Below are positions 29,263-39,412 of a stretch of DNA of 64,000 bases, piece after piece; position 1 is the stretch's first letter; each line of letters opens with the position of its first letter. The DNA comes from an uncultured delta proteobacterium (GTDB lineage: Bacteria; Desulfobacterota; Desulfobacteria; Desulfobacterales; SpSt-501). The stretch spans positions 61,568 to 125,567 of the forward strand of contig CAWHEZ010000019.1 of NCBI GenBank assembly GCA_963828345.1, in the 5' to 3' direction. A program made the translations under genes and the position numbers. Under the pieces are notes generated by a model. It saw nothing but the letters and a program-made list of their open reading frames with translations. It was not told the DNA's origin and searched no databases.

Positions 29263-29291
29263 AAACTGGTACATAAACCGGGGGCAGGTCA

Positions 29292-30386
29292 GCTTCGCGC
29301 ATAGTCGAGCTGCCGTCCCCCGTGGTTCGACACCACGATAGCCTTCGCTCCGCGTTTGGCCGCGAGCACGGCATCCTTTCCCGATTGTATCCCTTTGAGG
29401 CAGACAGGCAGCTTTGTGACACCCGCAATCCATTCGATGTCCGGCCAAGAGAGCGAGGGATCAATAAAGGAGGAGAGTGCGTTGGACGTCCCCCGGGAGG
29501 GGTCAACCTGCGTATCGCCTTTTTGGACAGCGCTTTTCTGCGGCGCCTTGAAACGCATGTCCCGTTCGCGTCGCCCGAGTTGGGGTGCGTCGACGGTAAC
29601 GAAGACCGCTTTGCAGCCACCCGTCTCTGCCCGTTGCAGCAGGTCCTTTGTGACGGCGCGGTCTTTGTTCACGTAAAGCTGAAACCACTGCGTCCGGCCG
29701 GGCGCACGGGCCGATGTCATCTCTTCAAGCGAACACGAGGAGAGCGTCGGACACATGTACGGGACATTCGCTTTGGCGCATGCCCGCGTGATGGCGACTT
29801 CTCCCTCCGGATCGGCGAGTTTTGCGAGCGCGGTGGCCGTAACATAGAGGGGAAAAGAGCTCGCAACACCGAGGAGTTCGGCGGAGGTATCGATTTTAGA
29901 GACATCCACGAGCACGCGGGGCCGCAGCCACAACCTGCCAAAGGCAGCCTCGTTCTCGCGAAGGGTCACCTCATCGTCCGCTGCTGAAGCATAATACGCC
30001 CATCCAGGCGGATCCATGACCGATTCCGCGGCTTGCGCCATATCTCGAGTGTTGAGAATGTGGGAAATCGGCGCAAGCTTGGCGCGCCGCGCCCAAAGGC
30101 CGTTGTCGGTGGCGCGATTTTTTGCCGCCGCGCGCTCCTGTTTCCATTCCTCATCGTCCCTGTCTATGACGCCGACCAGGTACTTCTCCACGATCGCGAG
30201 CATATCGAGGTTGTGTTGGCTGAAAAACGCAGCAGTCGCGTCGCGGCCGAGGTGCGGTTCGAGCACTTCGAGCCCGCCGGGATGAGCGAACCCGCTGATG
30301 TCGTAGACGCTTTCATTGATAACGATCCAGGCATCGCCGGGTCGATTGTGGCGGGCAACGGTTTTGAAGGGGATCGGATCGGACAT
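29292..30386 (-). pseudogene. flavocytochrome b2-like L-lactate/2-hydroxyacid dehydrogenase (cytochrome b5 domain + FMN-dependent dehydrogenase), 3'-truncated by the IS3 element
   Basis: GGAGG precedes ATG 30386. b5 heme motif DISGFAHPGGLEVL. FMN-DH motifs WFQLYVNKDR, AVFVTVDAPQLGRRERDMR, VVSNHGGRQLD, after which the frame runs straight into the IS end. Confidence 0.8.
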
Positions 30387-30516
30387 GAGCCGCCTCCGGA
30401 AAAACGTCGGTTTACCTATCCGAATCCACACGTTAGCGTTTCGGTAGATTCTCCATCGTTATCCATGCAATATACGCCCGCTAAGGTCTCAGGGCGTATG
30501 TGCCGATAACGCAGGC

Positions 30517-30828
30517 ATGGGAAGTCGCGCCGGTGGTACATGGCTTGTTAAGAAGAATGGCGGGGGAATCAGCATCCTTGGCACTGATTCATCAGTTGTC
30601 GCTGAGGTACCCCAAAATAAGGGCAGTGATGACCCTGTGCGCAGAGCCTACGTCATCGCAGCCGCCCCTCAACTGCTTGACGTCTGCACGCAGCTCAAAT
30701 CTATACTTGAGAACAACCTGATCGTCACCTCGGAGGGCTTCAGGATCAACTGCGCCGACGTCCGCACGCATCTCCTTGAGGTCATTTTGAGGGCCACTGG
30801 ATGCCGTAAGTCACCAGAAGAGCCCTGA
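30517..30828 (+). CDS. hypothetical protein
   Basis: ORF only. No motif recognised. Confidence 0.3.
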   Translation: MGSRAGGTWLVKKNGGGISILGTDSSVVAEVPQNKGSDDPVRRAYVIAAAPQLLDVCTQLKSILENNLIVTSEGFRINCADVRTHLLEVILRATGCRKSPEEP

Positions 30829-30947
30829 CATAGTTCCAACCATCCACCGCAAATCTGCAGTCAACCCAAACCGAATCTTATTTTCGTACTTAGATACGGT
30901 TAGGGCTCTCGAGACTTTAGCGGCGTAGCGCAGTTCAACCGCCGAAC

Positions 30948-32604
30948 TCATTGCCCTGCCGCGGTGATGAAGCAGCCTCCCCCTCCACCTCCACCGCTTG
31001 ATCCGGAAGTCCCTCCTTGCGGGGACACGGTCACGGTGCAGGAGTCCGCCGACTGGAGTCCGCCGCTGTCTGTGACGATCAACTGAAAGCTTAGCGTAGC
31101 ACCGGCCGCTCCGGTGGTGGGTGCCCGAAAACTGGGCCTCACCGAGGAAGGGTTGGACAGGGCAACAGCGGGTCCCGACGTCTGCACCCAGGCATAGGCG
31201 AGAGCACCATCCCCTCCATCGGTTGATCCTGAACCGTCCAGGGTGACGCTGGCACCCGATTGAACCTGCTGGTCGGTTCCGGCATCGGCCACAGGCGGGC
31301 CGTTTACATTCACAACGCAGGTATCGTTTCTTGTCGCCCCTTTGTCGTCCGTGACAGTCAGTTTGAAGGTCAGGGTAGTTCCGCTGCCTCCCACCGACGG
31401 AGCGGTAAACGATGCTCCGAACTGTACCGGCGTTGGCCAGCGCCACAATCGGGGTACCCGCAGTTTGGAGCCACTGATAGGCAACGATGCTTCCATCCGC
31501 ATCAATTGAGTTCGAGCCGTCCAGCACCACAGAGGCGCCCGGATTCACCTGCTGGTCCGGCCCGGCATCGGCCACGGGCCTGCCGTTCACGTTCACCACA
31601 CAGGAGTCGCTGTGGGTCAATCCTTTGTCGTCCGTGATGCTCAGCTCGAAAGTAAGGGCGGTGCCGGTGCTGGTATCGGGTGCCGTGAACCCCGCTTGCG
31701 CCGTGTTGGCGTTAGCGAGGGTAACGGCCGGACTTCCTCCCGTCTGGACCCACGCATAGGAGACGATAGTACCGATCGCGTCGGTGGAGCCGCTGCCGTT
31801 CAGGGTGACGGCGTCGCCAGGGTTAACATTCTGGTCGGTTCCGGCATCCGCTGTCGGCAGTATATCCAAAAGCCCAAGGAGCCATGCTTCCGCCATCTTC
31901 TCATACCCGCTCGCAAAGGGATGAAGGGTATCGTACATGTCCCCCGCCGGATAAAGGCGGTAGTCCAAGCCGGCACCATTTTCCATGTCGACGACCACGA
32001 TCTTGTCGTTCAGCCGTGTCTGAACCATCGCATCCAAGGCGTCATTGTATGCTGTCGTAGTCGTGCAGAGCGGGCACGGCGGATTGGCCTGGTTGACGAT
32101 TAGGGCCAGGACCACCCAGACACCTGGGCTGTAGCGGTCGATTTCGTCGAGGATTAAGCTGACGTCGTTCGCAGAGGCATGGCCCCCGTTGACGTCATTG
32201 GTGCCGATGTGAAGCAGGACGACGTCCGCCGGATTCGCCACGAGAAAATTGTAAACGTTTGGACGGATACTCACATCCGGCGCGCCGCCGTCGGCCACCC
32301 AACCGGGGTGGCCTTCGTGTTGGGCATCGCTGAAAATCGCGTTCCCACTCACCTGGCTGCCCACGTAGTCGATTTGGTACCCTCGGTCCGTCAACTTATC
32401 CCTCAGGGCTTTCCGGTAGGAAAGATAGTACTGCTGAGAGTCGGGGACTACGCCGGAGGCACTACCATGGGTGATGGAGTCCCCCAGGGGCATGATGCGG
32501 ACCGACGCGGAAAAGACGAGTTGGGGGAAAAGGGAAAAAAATAGAAACGCCGCTGCAAGCAGCTTTAGAAGGGCACCTTTACGGATTCCGGCTGCAATCG
32601 GCAT
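30948..32604 (-). CDS. secreted SGNH/GDSL hydrolase with three PKD-like repeats and a Gly-run/Cys C-terminus; one frame change near 31432
   Basis: Signal peptide. RIMPLGDSITHG (GDS block), HIGTNDV, DTLHP. Repeats of ADAG(T/P)DQxVxxG..V.LDGSGS.D....I..Y.W.Q. Ends SGGGGGGGCFITAAGQ*. Confidence 0.75.
31020..31857 (-). repeat. three tandem ~276-bp coding repeats (PKD-like modules)
   Basis: The protein-level period is ~92 aa: LPTADAGTDQNVNPGDAVTLNGSGSTD / RPVADAGPDQQVNPGASVVLDGSNSID / PPVADAGTDQQVQSGASVTLDGSGSTD. Confidence 0.8.
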
Positions 32605-33028
32605 TTATGTGATAATTTCCCAAGACGGTTGGTCGCGAGTCGGATGATTTATGCGGAGCGTCCATGCGCTTCGGCGGCTTGCCGGGCTTGGTTGGAAACC
32701 ATACTAATCCGTCACCGAAAAATCAAGGACCACCAAACCTGCATCCTCCATTTTCGTGCCGCGGCAAACTTAAATGATCCTGTTAAGAATGATCCTGCGA
32801 CCTTAACCGTGGCCGACCCACGAGAAAGGGATCATAAAAGGGGGCAACCACGAAATGACAGGCCGTCTTCGGCTGGAATGAGATTGCGCCCCCGTCCACT
32901 TCAGGGCGTCGGCCGGCGCAGACGCGCCGGTTGCAACAACGAATCCCCAAAAAACAAGATGAGACGGGTGATTTCAGGGGGGGCAGTGAAGGCTGCCGGG
33001 GCTGCTAATGACATGTGCACGAGCCATG

Positions 33029-33910
33029 CTACCCGGAGTCGGAGGACAGCCGCTTAATCGCTTCCCATATCAAATCTACCAGATAGAGATTGGAGCAGTC
33101 CTGCCTTGCCATGAGCCCCATCTCCCTGGTGAGGGGAGGGGTTCCGAAGGGTACGCAATGGAGCTTTGCGAATTTCTGTTTGGGCAGGTACGAGTCGGGA
33201 ACGATGCCGACTCCGACATCGTGTTCCACCATGAGCAGAATGCTGTCGTATGAGTCGAATTCCATGGCGGGCCCGGCTTCAATCCCGCGGCGCTTCATCT
33301 CGCGATCGATCATGGTTTCATCCAACAGCCGAGGCTTGTGGCGTAGGTAAGGGCCCCGCATCAACAGCTCCTCGTCCGTTTTGCCCCGGAAGGCGCGGGA
33401 GGCGATCACATAGAACCTTTCCTGGCGGTAAGGCCGCCACAGCAGTTCCTCGGGGAGGCGGGTGGGCCCGACACCGAAGCTTGCATCGATTTTGCGGCTG
33501 ACGACCTCCAGCGCCAGATGCTTGGTCACGCCGCTGGCAGAGATCAAGCGGATCGTCAAATCGGGATGTTGTGCCTTCAAGACGATAAAGGCCTTCGCGA
33601 CAATGCCCGTCAGGGCGCTGCGCACGTGTCCGATGACGAGCTCCCCCCCGAATTCCGTCTTACGGTTTCGCTCCTTGTATTTGTTCCATTGCTTCAGGAT
33701 TTGCCTTGATACCTCGACCAGCTCCTCCCCCGCCTTGGTCAGGGTTACCGGGCGCCGGGAGCGGTCTATCAATTGCGCCCCCGCATCCTTTTCCAGGTCC
33801 TTGATGTGCTGGCTGACGGCTGCCTGCGTCAGGTGAACGGCTGCAGAGGCGGCGGTCACACTGCCGAGTTCGGCAACGAAAATAAGGGATTTCAGCTTGT
33901 CGATATTCAT
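33029..33910 (-). CDS. LysR-family transcriptional regulator, divergent from the catabolic operon
   Basis: N-terminal HTH LKSLIFVAELGSVTAASAAVHLTQAAVSQHIKDLE plus a LysR substrate-binding domain. Confidence 0.9.
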   Translation of the reverse strand: MNIDKLKSLIFVAELGSVTAASAAVHLTQAAVSQHIKDLEKDAGAQLIDRSRRPVTLTKAGEELVEVSRQILKQWNKYKERNRKTEFGGELVIGHVRSALTGIVAKAFIVLKAQHPDLTIRLISASGVTKHLALEVVSRKIDASFGVGPTRLPEELLWRPYRQERFYVIASRAFRGKTDEELLMRGPYLRHKPRLLDETMIDREMKRRGIEAGPAMEFDSYDSILLMVEHDVGVGIVPDSYLPKQKFAKLHCVPFGTPPLTREMGLMARQDCSNLYLVDLIWEAIKRLSSDSG

Positions 33911-33946
33911 GACAGCCTCGTGTGTCCATCAGATGCCAAGGGCAAG

Positions 33947-33967
33947 CTTATAAGAAATCGTTATAAT
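33947..33967. promoter_or_regulatory. candidate LysR-type (T-N11-A) operator in the divergent intergenic region
   Basis: CTTATAAgaaatcgTTATAAT contains ATAA-N7-TTAT dyad symmetry, 37 bp upstream of the lysR start and ~135 bp upstream of the lyase start. Confidence 0.4.
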
Positions 33968-34101
33968 TTCAATAAGAATTTTCAGGTTGCCTTTTGATTG
34001 GCATGGTGCCTAAATGGCTCCCGAGCCCAGGCGCAGATTGGCTTCGGGCGACTTTGGATTGGCATGGGTCTCCACCAGAACCTTTAAAAAGTGGGAAACA
34101 G

Positions 34102-35475
34102 ATGACCGTAACTCTCATCGACAGCGTGGTTTTTGGTGATTCCGTCGGGACTGCCGACATGCGGCAGGTCTTTTCAGAGACTGCCACCTACCAGCGATGG
34201 CTGGATGTGGAGGTGGCGCTGGCCAAGGCCCAGGCCGCCCTTGGGATGATCCCCAGGGAAGCGGCCGAGGTCATCTCCTCCAGGGCCGATGCCACACTGA
34301 TCGACCTCGAGGCGGTCAAAGCGCACGGCAAGCGCACCGGGCACAGCCTTTTGGGTGTGCTGGCGGAATTCCGGCGCGTCATCGCCCATGACCACGGGCG
34401 CTATGTCCATTTCGGGGCAACGACCCAGGACATCATCGATACCGGTCTGATGCTGATGATCAAAGACGGCTACCGCTGGGCTGAGAACCGCCTCACCGAG
34501 GTCATGCGCCTTGTTGCGGACCTGGCCGACACGCACGCGGGCACCGTAATGGTCGGACGGACCCACGGGGGGCACGCTTTGCCGATAACCTTCGGGTTCA
34601 AGGCCGCCATTTGGCTATCCGAGCTTTCCAGGCAGCTCGAGCGCTGGGAGCAGGCCCGCGAGCGGATTCTCGTCGGCAACATCACCGGCGCGGTGGGCAC
34701 CTTTGCCGCGTGGGGGGATCAAGGCGTTGAGGTTCAGAGGCGGACACTCGAGTTGCTGGGGCTGGGCGTGCCGGAAACCGTATGGCACAGCTCACGGGAC
34801 CGGGTGGCCGAGGCCTTGAGCCTGTGTGCGCTCCTGGCCGGCACCGGTGCGCGCATCGGCCGGGAGATCTACAACCTGAGCAGGACGGAGACCGGCGAAC
34901 TCATGGAGCCCTCCGCCGGCAAGATCGGCTCCAGCACCATGCCCCACAAGCGCAACCCGATCCACAGCGAATGGATCATGGTCCTGGAGCGCAAGATCAG
35001 GAGCAACGCATCGATAGCCCTGGAAGTCATGAGCCAGGAAAACGAAAGGGATGCATCGCGCTGGAAGAACGAGTGGATGGCCGCCCCCGAAAGCTTTGTC
35101 TATCTCTCGGGGCTTTTGAATCACATGCAGGTCCTCTTGAAAGGCTTGACCGTCGACCGGGAGCGGATGCTCCAGAACACGAACATGCTCAGGGGGATGC
35201 TGCTCTCCGAGCAGGTCATGTTCCTCCTGGAGAAGCATTTCCCGCTGCCGGATGCCCACCAGAAGGTCTACCTGGCATCGGTGCGGGCAGTCGAGAGGGG
35301 CACTTACCTCGTTGATGAGCTGATGACCGATCCGGAAGTTGCGGGCAAGTGCCAGGCAGCCGAAATCGAGCAGGTCCTGGACCCCGCCGGATATCTGGGG
35401 CAAGCCACGGCGGTTGCTCGCGCCGTTAAGGAGCGCGTGGACCGCCAGCTGGCCGCATTCGCAGCCAAGGAGTGA
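34102..35475 (+). CDS. aspartase/fumarase-superfamily lyase (adenylosuccinate lyase / 3-carboxymuconate cycloisomerase-like)
   Basis: Signature GSSTMPHKRNP. TQDIIDTG, HGGHALPITFG. Start chosen at ATG 34102 (MTVTLIDSVVFGD). Confidence 0.85.
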   Translation: MTVTLIDSVVFGDSVGTADMRQVFSETATYQRWLDVEVALAKAQAALGMIPREAAEVISSRADATLIDLEAVKAHGKRTGHSLLGVLAEFRRVIAHDHGRYVHFGATTQDIIDTGLMLMIKDGYRWAENRLTEVMRLVADLADTHAGTVMVGRTHGGHALPITFGFKAAIWLSELSRQLERWEQARERILVGNITGAVGTFAAWGDQGVEVQRRTLELLGLGVPETVWHSSRDRVAEALSLCALLAGTGARIGREIYNLSRTETGELMEPSAGKIGSSTMPHKRNPIHSEWIMVLERKIRSNASIALEVMSQENERDASRWKNEWMAAPESFVYLSGLLNHMQVLLKGLTVDRERMLQNTNMLRGMLLSEQVMFLLEKHFPLPDAHQKVYLASVRAVERGTYLVDELMTDPEVAGKCQAAEIEQVLDPAGYLGQATAVARAVKERVDRQLAAFAAKE

Positions 35476-35491
35476 TCGGGCTCTACGCGCC

Positions 35492-36858
35492 ATGACCTTA
35501 TCCGAGCAGTATGCCGCTTTCGTCGCCGGATTGAACTGGGCCCGGATTCCCATCGAGGTCAAGCAGACCAGCCTCGAGCTTTTTGCCGACTGGTTCGCCA
35601 ATGCGGTCGCCGGGTTTGACTCGCCCTTGACCCGGGCGCTGGTCTGCCTTTCGCCAGGATACGATAGCCCCGCGGGGGCCTTGCGGGCAGGGGATCTCAA
35701 AGCAGCCGAGCCCCTTTCATCCGCCCTGATCAACGCGAGCGCCGCGCACGCACTCGAATACGACGACTCTTACCGTGCAGGCCTCTACCACCCGGGTGCT
35801 CCGATCATTGCCGCGGCCTTCTCGGCGGCCTGCCGAGAGCAAACCGCGGGGTCCGTGCTGCTTGCCGCCATGGTTGCGGGCTACGAGGTAACGCTGCGCC
35901 TGGCCACGGCCGTCAACCCATCGCATTACAAGCTCTGGCACACAACCGGTACGGTCGGCTCCTTTGGGGCGGCGGTCGCCGCCGCACACATCCTGAGGCT
36001 TCCACCGCAGCAGATCACTGCGGCCCTGGGGCTGGCCGGGACTCAGGCGGCCGGGCTTTGGGAGGTCCTCCCCGATGCCCCGCAAGCCAAGAACCTGCAC
36101 CCCGCAAAAGCGGCCTACGGGGGGCTTCTTTCCGCCCTGCTGGCCGGTAACGGCATCCAGGGTCCTGCAACCATATTCGAGGGTGCCCGGGGTTTTTTTG
36201 CTGCTACGGTGCCTGAGCCGGTCGATAGCACCCAATGCACCCGGGGCTTGGGAGCGCAGTGGTTGACCCTCGACACCACCTTCAAGGCCTACCCGGTTTG
36301 CGGGCACGCCATGACCGCAATCGAGGCGAGCCTGAAACTCCATGGCCGCTTTGATCCAGAGGAGATCGAAGCGGTCGAGGTGCGCGCCCATCCTGTCTCG
36401 CTGCAGGTGGCCGGCCAGGGGTTTCCGACCAATGACAGCCAGGCGAAGTTTTCCATTCCATACTGTGTCGCCGTGGCGCTGCTGAAGGGGCGGGTGGGGC
36501 AGGAGGAGTTCTCGCGGGATCTCATCGGGAGCAGCGCCGATCGAGTCCATTCTGAAAAAGATCCGTTTGATCCCGGACGACGGTTTGACCGCCACTCCCG
36601 GCAGGCGCCCGGCGCGGGTGAGCATTACGCTCTCAGACGGAAGAAGTGTCTCGGCGATGGCCGAAGTGCGCAAGGGGGATCCCGAAATGCCCATGACCGC
36701 TGAGGAGAAACGCTCCAAAGTGATCGCCCTGATCGGTCAGGCGCTGGCGCATCAGGGACGTCGGCGGCCTGAGCGAACGGCTCTCCGGGCTTGCCGATGC
36801 ATCGAACGTTCTGGCATGGGCCGAAGGGCTCCGCGAGGTTCTTGAACCCAACCGATAA
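35492..36858 (+). CDS. MmgE/PrpD-family protein; needs two frame changes (~36540, ~36750)
   Basis: AAHALEYDDSYRAGLYHPGAPIIAA, WHTTGTVGSFGAA, KAYPVCGHA. The tail continues as PIESILKKIRLIPDDGLTA...VSITLSDGRS...GDPEMPMT and then DVGGLSERLSGLADASNVLAWAEGLREVLEPNR* in other frames. Confidence 0.75.
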
Positions 36859-36875
36859 ATTGAAGCGAGGGCAAT

Positions 36876-37166
36876 ATGCGCAGGGACGCAATCGTGATCA
36901 AAACGCAGGACAATGTGGCAACCGCCATTCGGGACATCGAGGAAGGCAAAACGGCCACGATCGGGGTGGAGGATGATTCCCTGGCGGTGCGGGTCGCCCA
37001 GGCGATCCCCTTCGGCCACAAGCTCGCCCTGCGGCGTATTCAAATGGGCGAAGACGTTCTTAAATATGGCACCGTAATCGGCCGGGCGACCAAGGACATA
37101 CAGGCCGGAGAGCATGTCCACGTTCACAATGTCGAAAGCACGCGCGGCCGTGGCGACTTGGCTTGA
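36876..37166 (+). CDS. UxaA/GarD-family dehydratase, N-terminal SAF-domain subunit
   Basis: DNVATAIRDIEEGKTA...IPFGHKLALRRIQMGEDVLKYGTVIGRATKDIQAGEHVHVHN. Confidence 0.8.
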   Translation: MRRDAIVIKTQDNVATAIRDIEEGKTATIGVEDDSLAVRVAQAIPFGHKLALRRIQMGEDVLKYGTVIGRATKDIQAGEHVHVHNVESTRGRGDLA

Positions 37167-37193
37167 ATTCAAATCGATGGAAGCGAGAACACC

Positions 37194-38353
37194 ATGAACT
37201 TCAGGGGATATCGAAGAGCGGATGGCCGTGTGGGCACGCGCAACTACGTGGGAGTGCTTTCCACAGTGGTCTGTGCCAACGAAGTGGCACGCAATATTGC
37301 CGGGCAAGTCAAGGGGGCGGTTGCCTTCAGCCACCAGCAGGGGTGCTGTCAAACCCCGCCCGACCTCGACCGGGTCACCGAGGCCCTGATCGGTCTTGGT
37401 CGCAGCCCCAATCTGGCAGCCGTTCTCCTGGTGAGCCTGGGGTGCGAGGGCACCGATGTGGCGCGGGTGAAAAGGCCATCGAGGCCAGTGGCAAGCCGGT
37501 GCAGCTCGTGACCATTCAAGAGGATGGCGGGGCGGCCAACACCACGGCCAAGGGGGTGCTCGCGGCGCAGCAGATGGCGGTGGCCGCCTCGCGCCTCCAG
37601 CGTGAGGAGTGCCCTGCGAGCGATTTGATCCTCGGGCTCAAATGCGGCAGTTCGGACACGACCAGCGGTCTGGCCGCCAACCCGGCCGTCGGGGTAGCGG
37701 TGGAGCGACTGGTGGCGGCGGGCGGGACCGCCATCCTCGGCGAGGTGACCGAGGTGATCGGTGCCGAGCACCTGCTCGCCAGGCAGTGCAAGGATGAAAC
37801 TGTGGCACGAGAGCTTCTGAAGCTCGTGGACCGCATGGAGCAACGGGTCAAGGCGATGGGGGTCGACATGCGCGGGGGGCAACCGACTCCCGGCAACATC
37901 AAGGGGGGGCTCACCACCATCGAGGAGAAATCGTTGGGGGCGATTGCCAAGATCGGCGGAGCCGTTCTCCAGGCGGTTTACGAATACGCGCAGGCCCCCC
38001 AGGTGAAGGGCCTGGTGTTCATGGACTCGCCCGGCCGGGAGCCTGAGCTGTTGACTGGAATGGCCGCCGCGGGGGCAAACGTGATCGTGTTCACCACCGG
38101 CCGCGGCGCGCCCCAGGGGTTTCCGTTTGTCCCGGTCGTCAAGGTGACCGGCAACGAGCTCACGTGGACCAAGCTGCAGGACCACATGGACCTGACGGTT
38201 CACGGGGTCATGGATGGGGAGGAGTCCCTGAAACAGGCCGGCAACCGAGTTTACGAGAAGCTGCTCGAAACGGCATCGGGGGTCGAGACGAAGGCCGAGG
38301 TGTCCGGCTACGTGCAGGCCATGGACATCTACGTAACCGGTCCGGTAATATGA
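37194..38353 (+). CDS. UxaA/GarD-family dehydratase, catalytic subunit; one frame change near 37465
   Basis: FRGYRRADGRVGTRNYVGVLSTVVCAN...SLGCEG, then in the next frame GEKAIEASGKPVQLVTIQEDGG...LKCGSSDTTSG...GGLTTIEEKSLGA...VFTTGRGAPQG. Confidence 0.75.
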
Positions 38354-38398
38354 TGCCTGAATAGTCAACGTTAAGGAACCGCAAAGGAGGATCTGCCA

Positions 38399-39364
38399 AT
38401 GTGGGAACGGAAGCTTGCCCGATTGTCCGCCCTTTTACTTCTTGTTGTTTTGTCCGGCAGTCTCGCGGGGACAGGCGCGCTTGCCGCGGACAAACAGTTC
38501 CCCAGCCGCTTTCTGGAAGTCGTGGTTCCGTTTGCCCCGGGCGGTGCGGTGGACAACAGCATCCGAATCGTCGCAACCGAGGCTGAAAAGATCCTGGGGC
38601 AGAAGATCACCATCCTGAACAAGCCGGCCGGCGGCTCGGTCGAGGGCCAGCGGTATGTCGCAAATGCCAAGCCGGACGGCTACACACTGCTCGCCATGAC
38701 TTCCTCCATCGTCAGCAACATCCTGACCAAGGAGGTCGGCTTCACGCTCGAGTCCTTCGATCCGCTGATCATGTACTGCTTCGACCCGTTCGTGTTCGTC
38801 GTCAGTGCCGAGCTGCCTTACAAAACCCTGGCCGAGGTGGTCGCCGCGAGTAAAGTGAAGCCCCTGGCGGCGTCGACCCCCGGCAAGGCCAATTCCAAGC
38901 ACATTGCCGGAATGCTGATCGAGGAAAAGACCGGGGCGAAGTTTAACTACGTCCACACCAAGGGGGCGAGCGAAGGGGTGCCCATGATCGCGGGCGGCCA
39001 CGTCCAGGTCGGCTGCTGGGCCTGGGCCGAGGTGCGGCCCCTGGTCGAGCAGGGGAAGCTCCGCCCCATCGCTGTCATGGCCGAGCAGCGGGACTCGGAT
39101 TTCCCTGACGTGCCGACCTTCAAGGAGCAGGGTGTCGAGATCTACTACGGCGCCTGGCGTGGTATTGCCGCGCCCAAGGGGCTTGCGCCGGCTACACGCG
39201 ACATCCTGATCAAAGCCTTGACTCAGGCGGTTAACTCCGCCGAGGTCAAGGATAAATTCGACAAGGCCGGCTTCCCGGTGGTCTACAAGGATGCAAAGTC
39301 CTTCAGCACCTACATCGAAGAGGATTACGCGAGCCTCAAAAAGACGCTGGACCAGCTCAAATAG
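38399..39364 (+). CDS. tctC: tripartite tricarboxylate transporter substrate-binding protein (Bug/TctC family)
   Basis: Signal peptide. FPSRFLEVVVPFAPGGAVD, KPAGGSVEGQ, WRGIAAPKGLAP. Confidence 0.85.
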   Translation: MWERKLARLSALLLLVVLSGSLAGTGALAADKQFPSRFLEVVVPFAPGGAVDNSIRIVATEAEKILGQKITILNKPAGGSVEGQRYVANAKPDGYTLLAMTSSIVSNILTKEVGFTLESFDPLIMYCFDPFVFVVSAELPYKTLAEVVAASKVKPLAASTPGKANSKHIAGMLIEEKTGAKFNYVHTKGASEGVPMIAGGHVQVGCWAWAEVRPLVEQGKLRPIAVMAEQRDSDFPDVPTFKEQGVEIYYGAWRGIAAPKGLAPATRDILIKALTQAVNSAEVKDKFDKAGFPVVYKDAKSFSTYIEEDYASLKKTLDQLK

Positions 39365-39412
39365 GAAGATTTCTCTCAATATCTCCAAAACCGGCGCGAG
39401 GGCTAACGCTGC

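Larger units (their letters stand above)
28022..29291 (+). mobile_element. IS3-family insertion sequence (IS407-group-like ends), apparently intact, 1270 bp
   Basis: Terminal inverted repeats TGACCTGCCCCC at 28022-28033 and its complement at 29280-29291. orfA/orfB with a DDE integrase core. No matching flanking direct repeat (GGGG versus GCTT). Confidence 0.9.

Noticed and set aside
33990-34020. A sigma-54 promoter (TGGCAT GGTGC CTAAAT) upstream of the catabolic operon, and other TGGCAC hits (1626, 21768, 34787)
   Set aside because: The -12 element TTGC is missing at the required 5-nt spacing, and the other hits lie inside coding regions.
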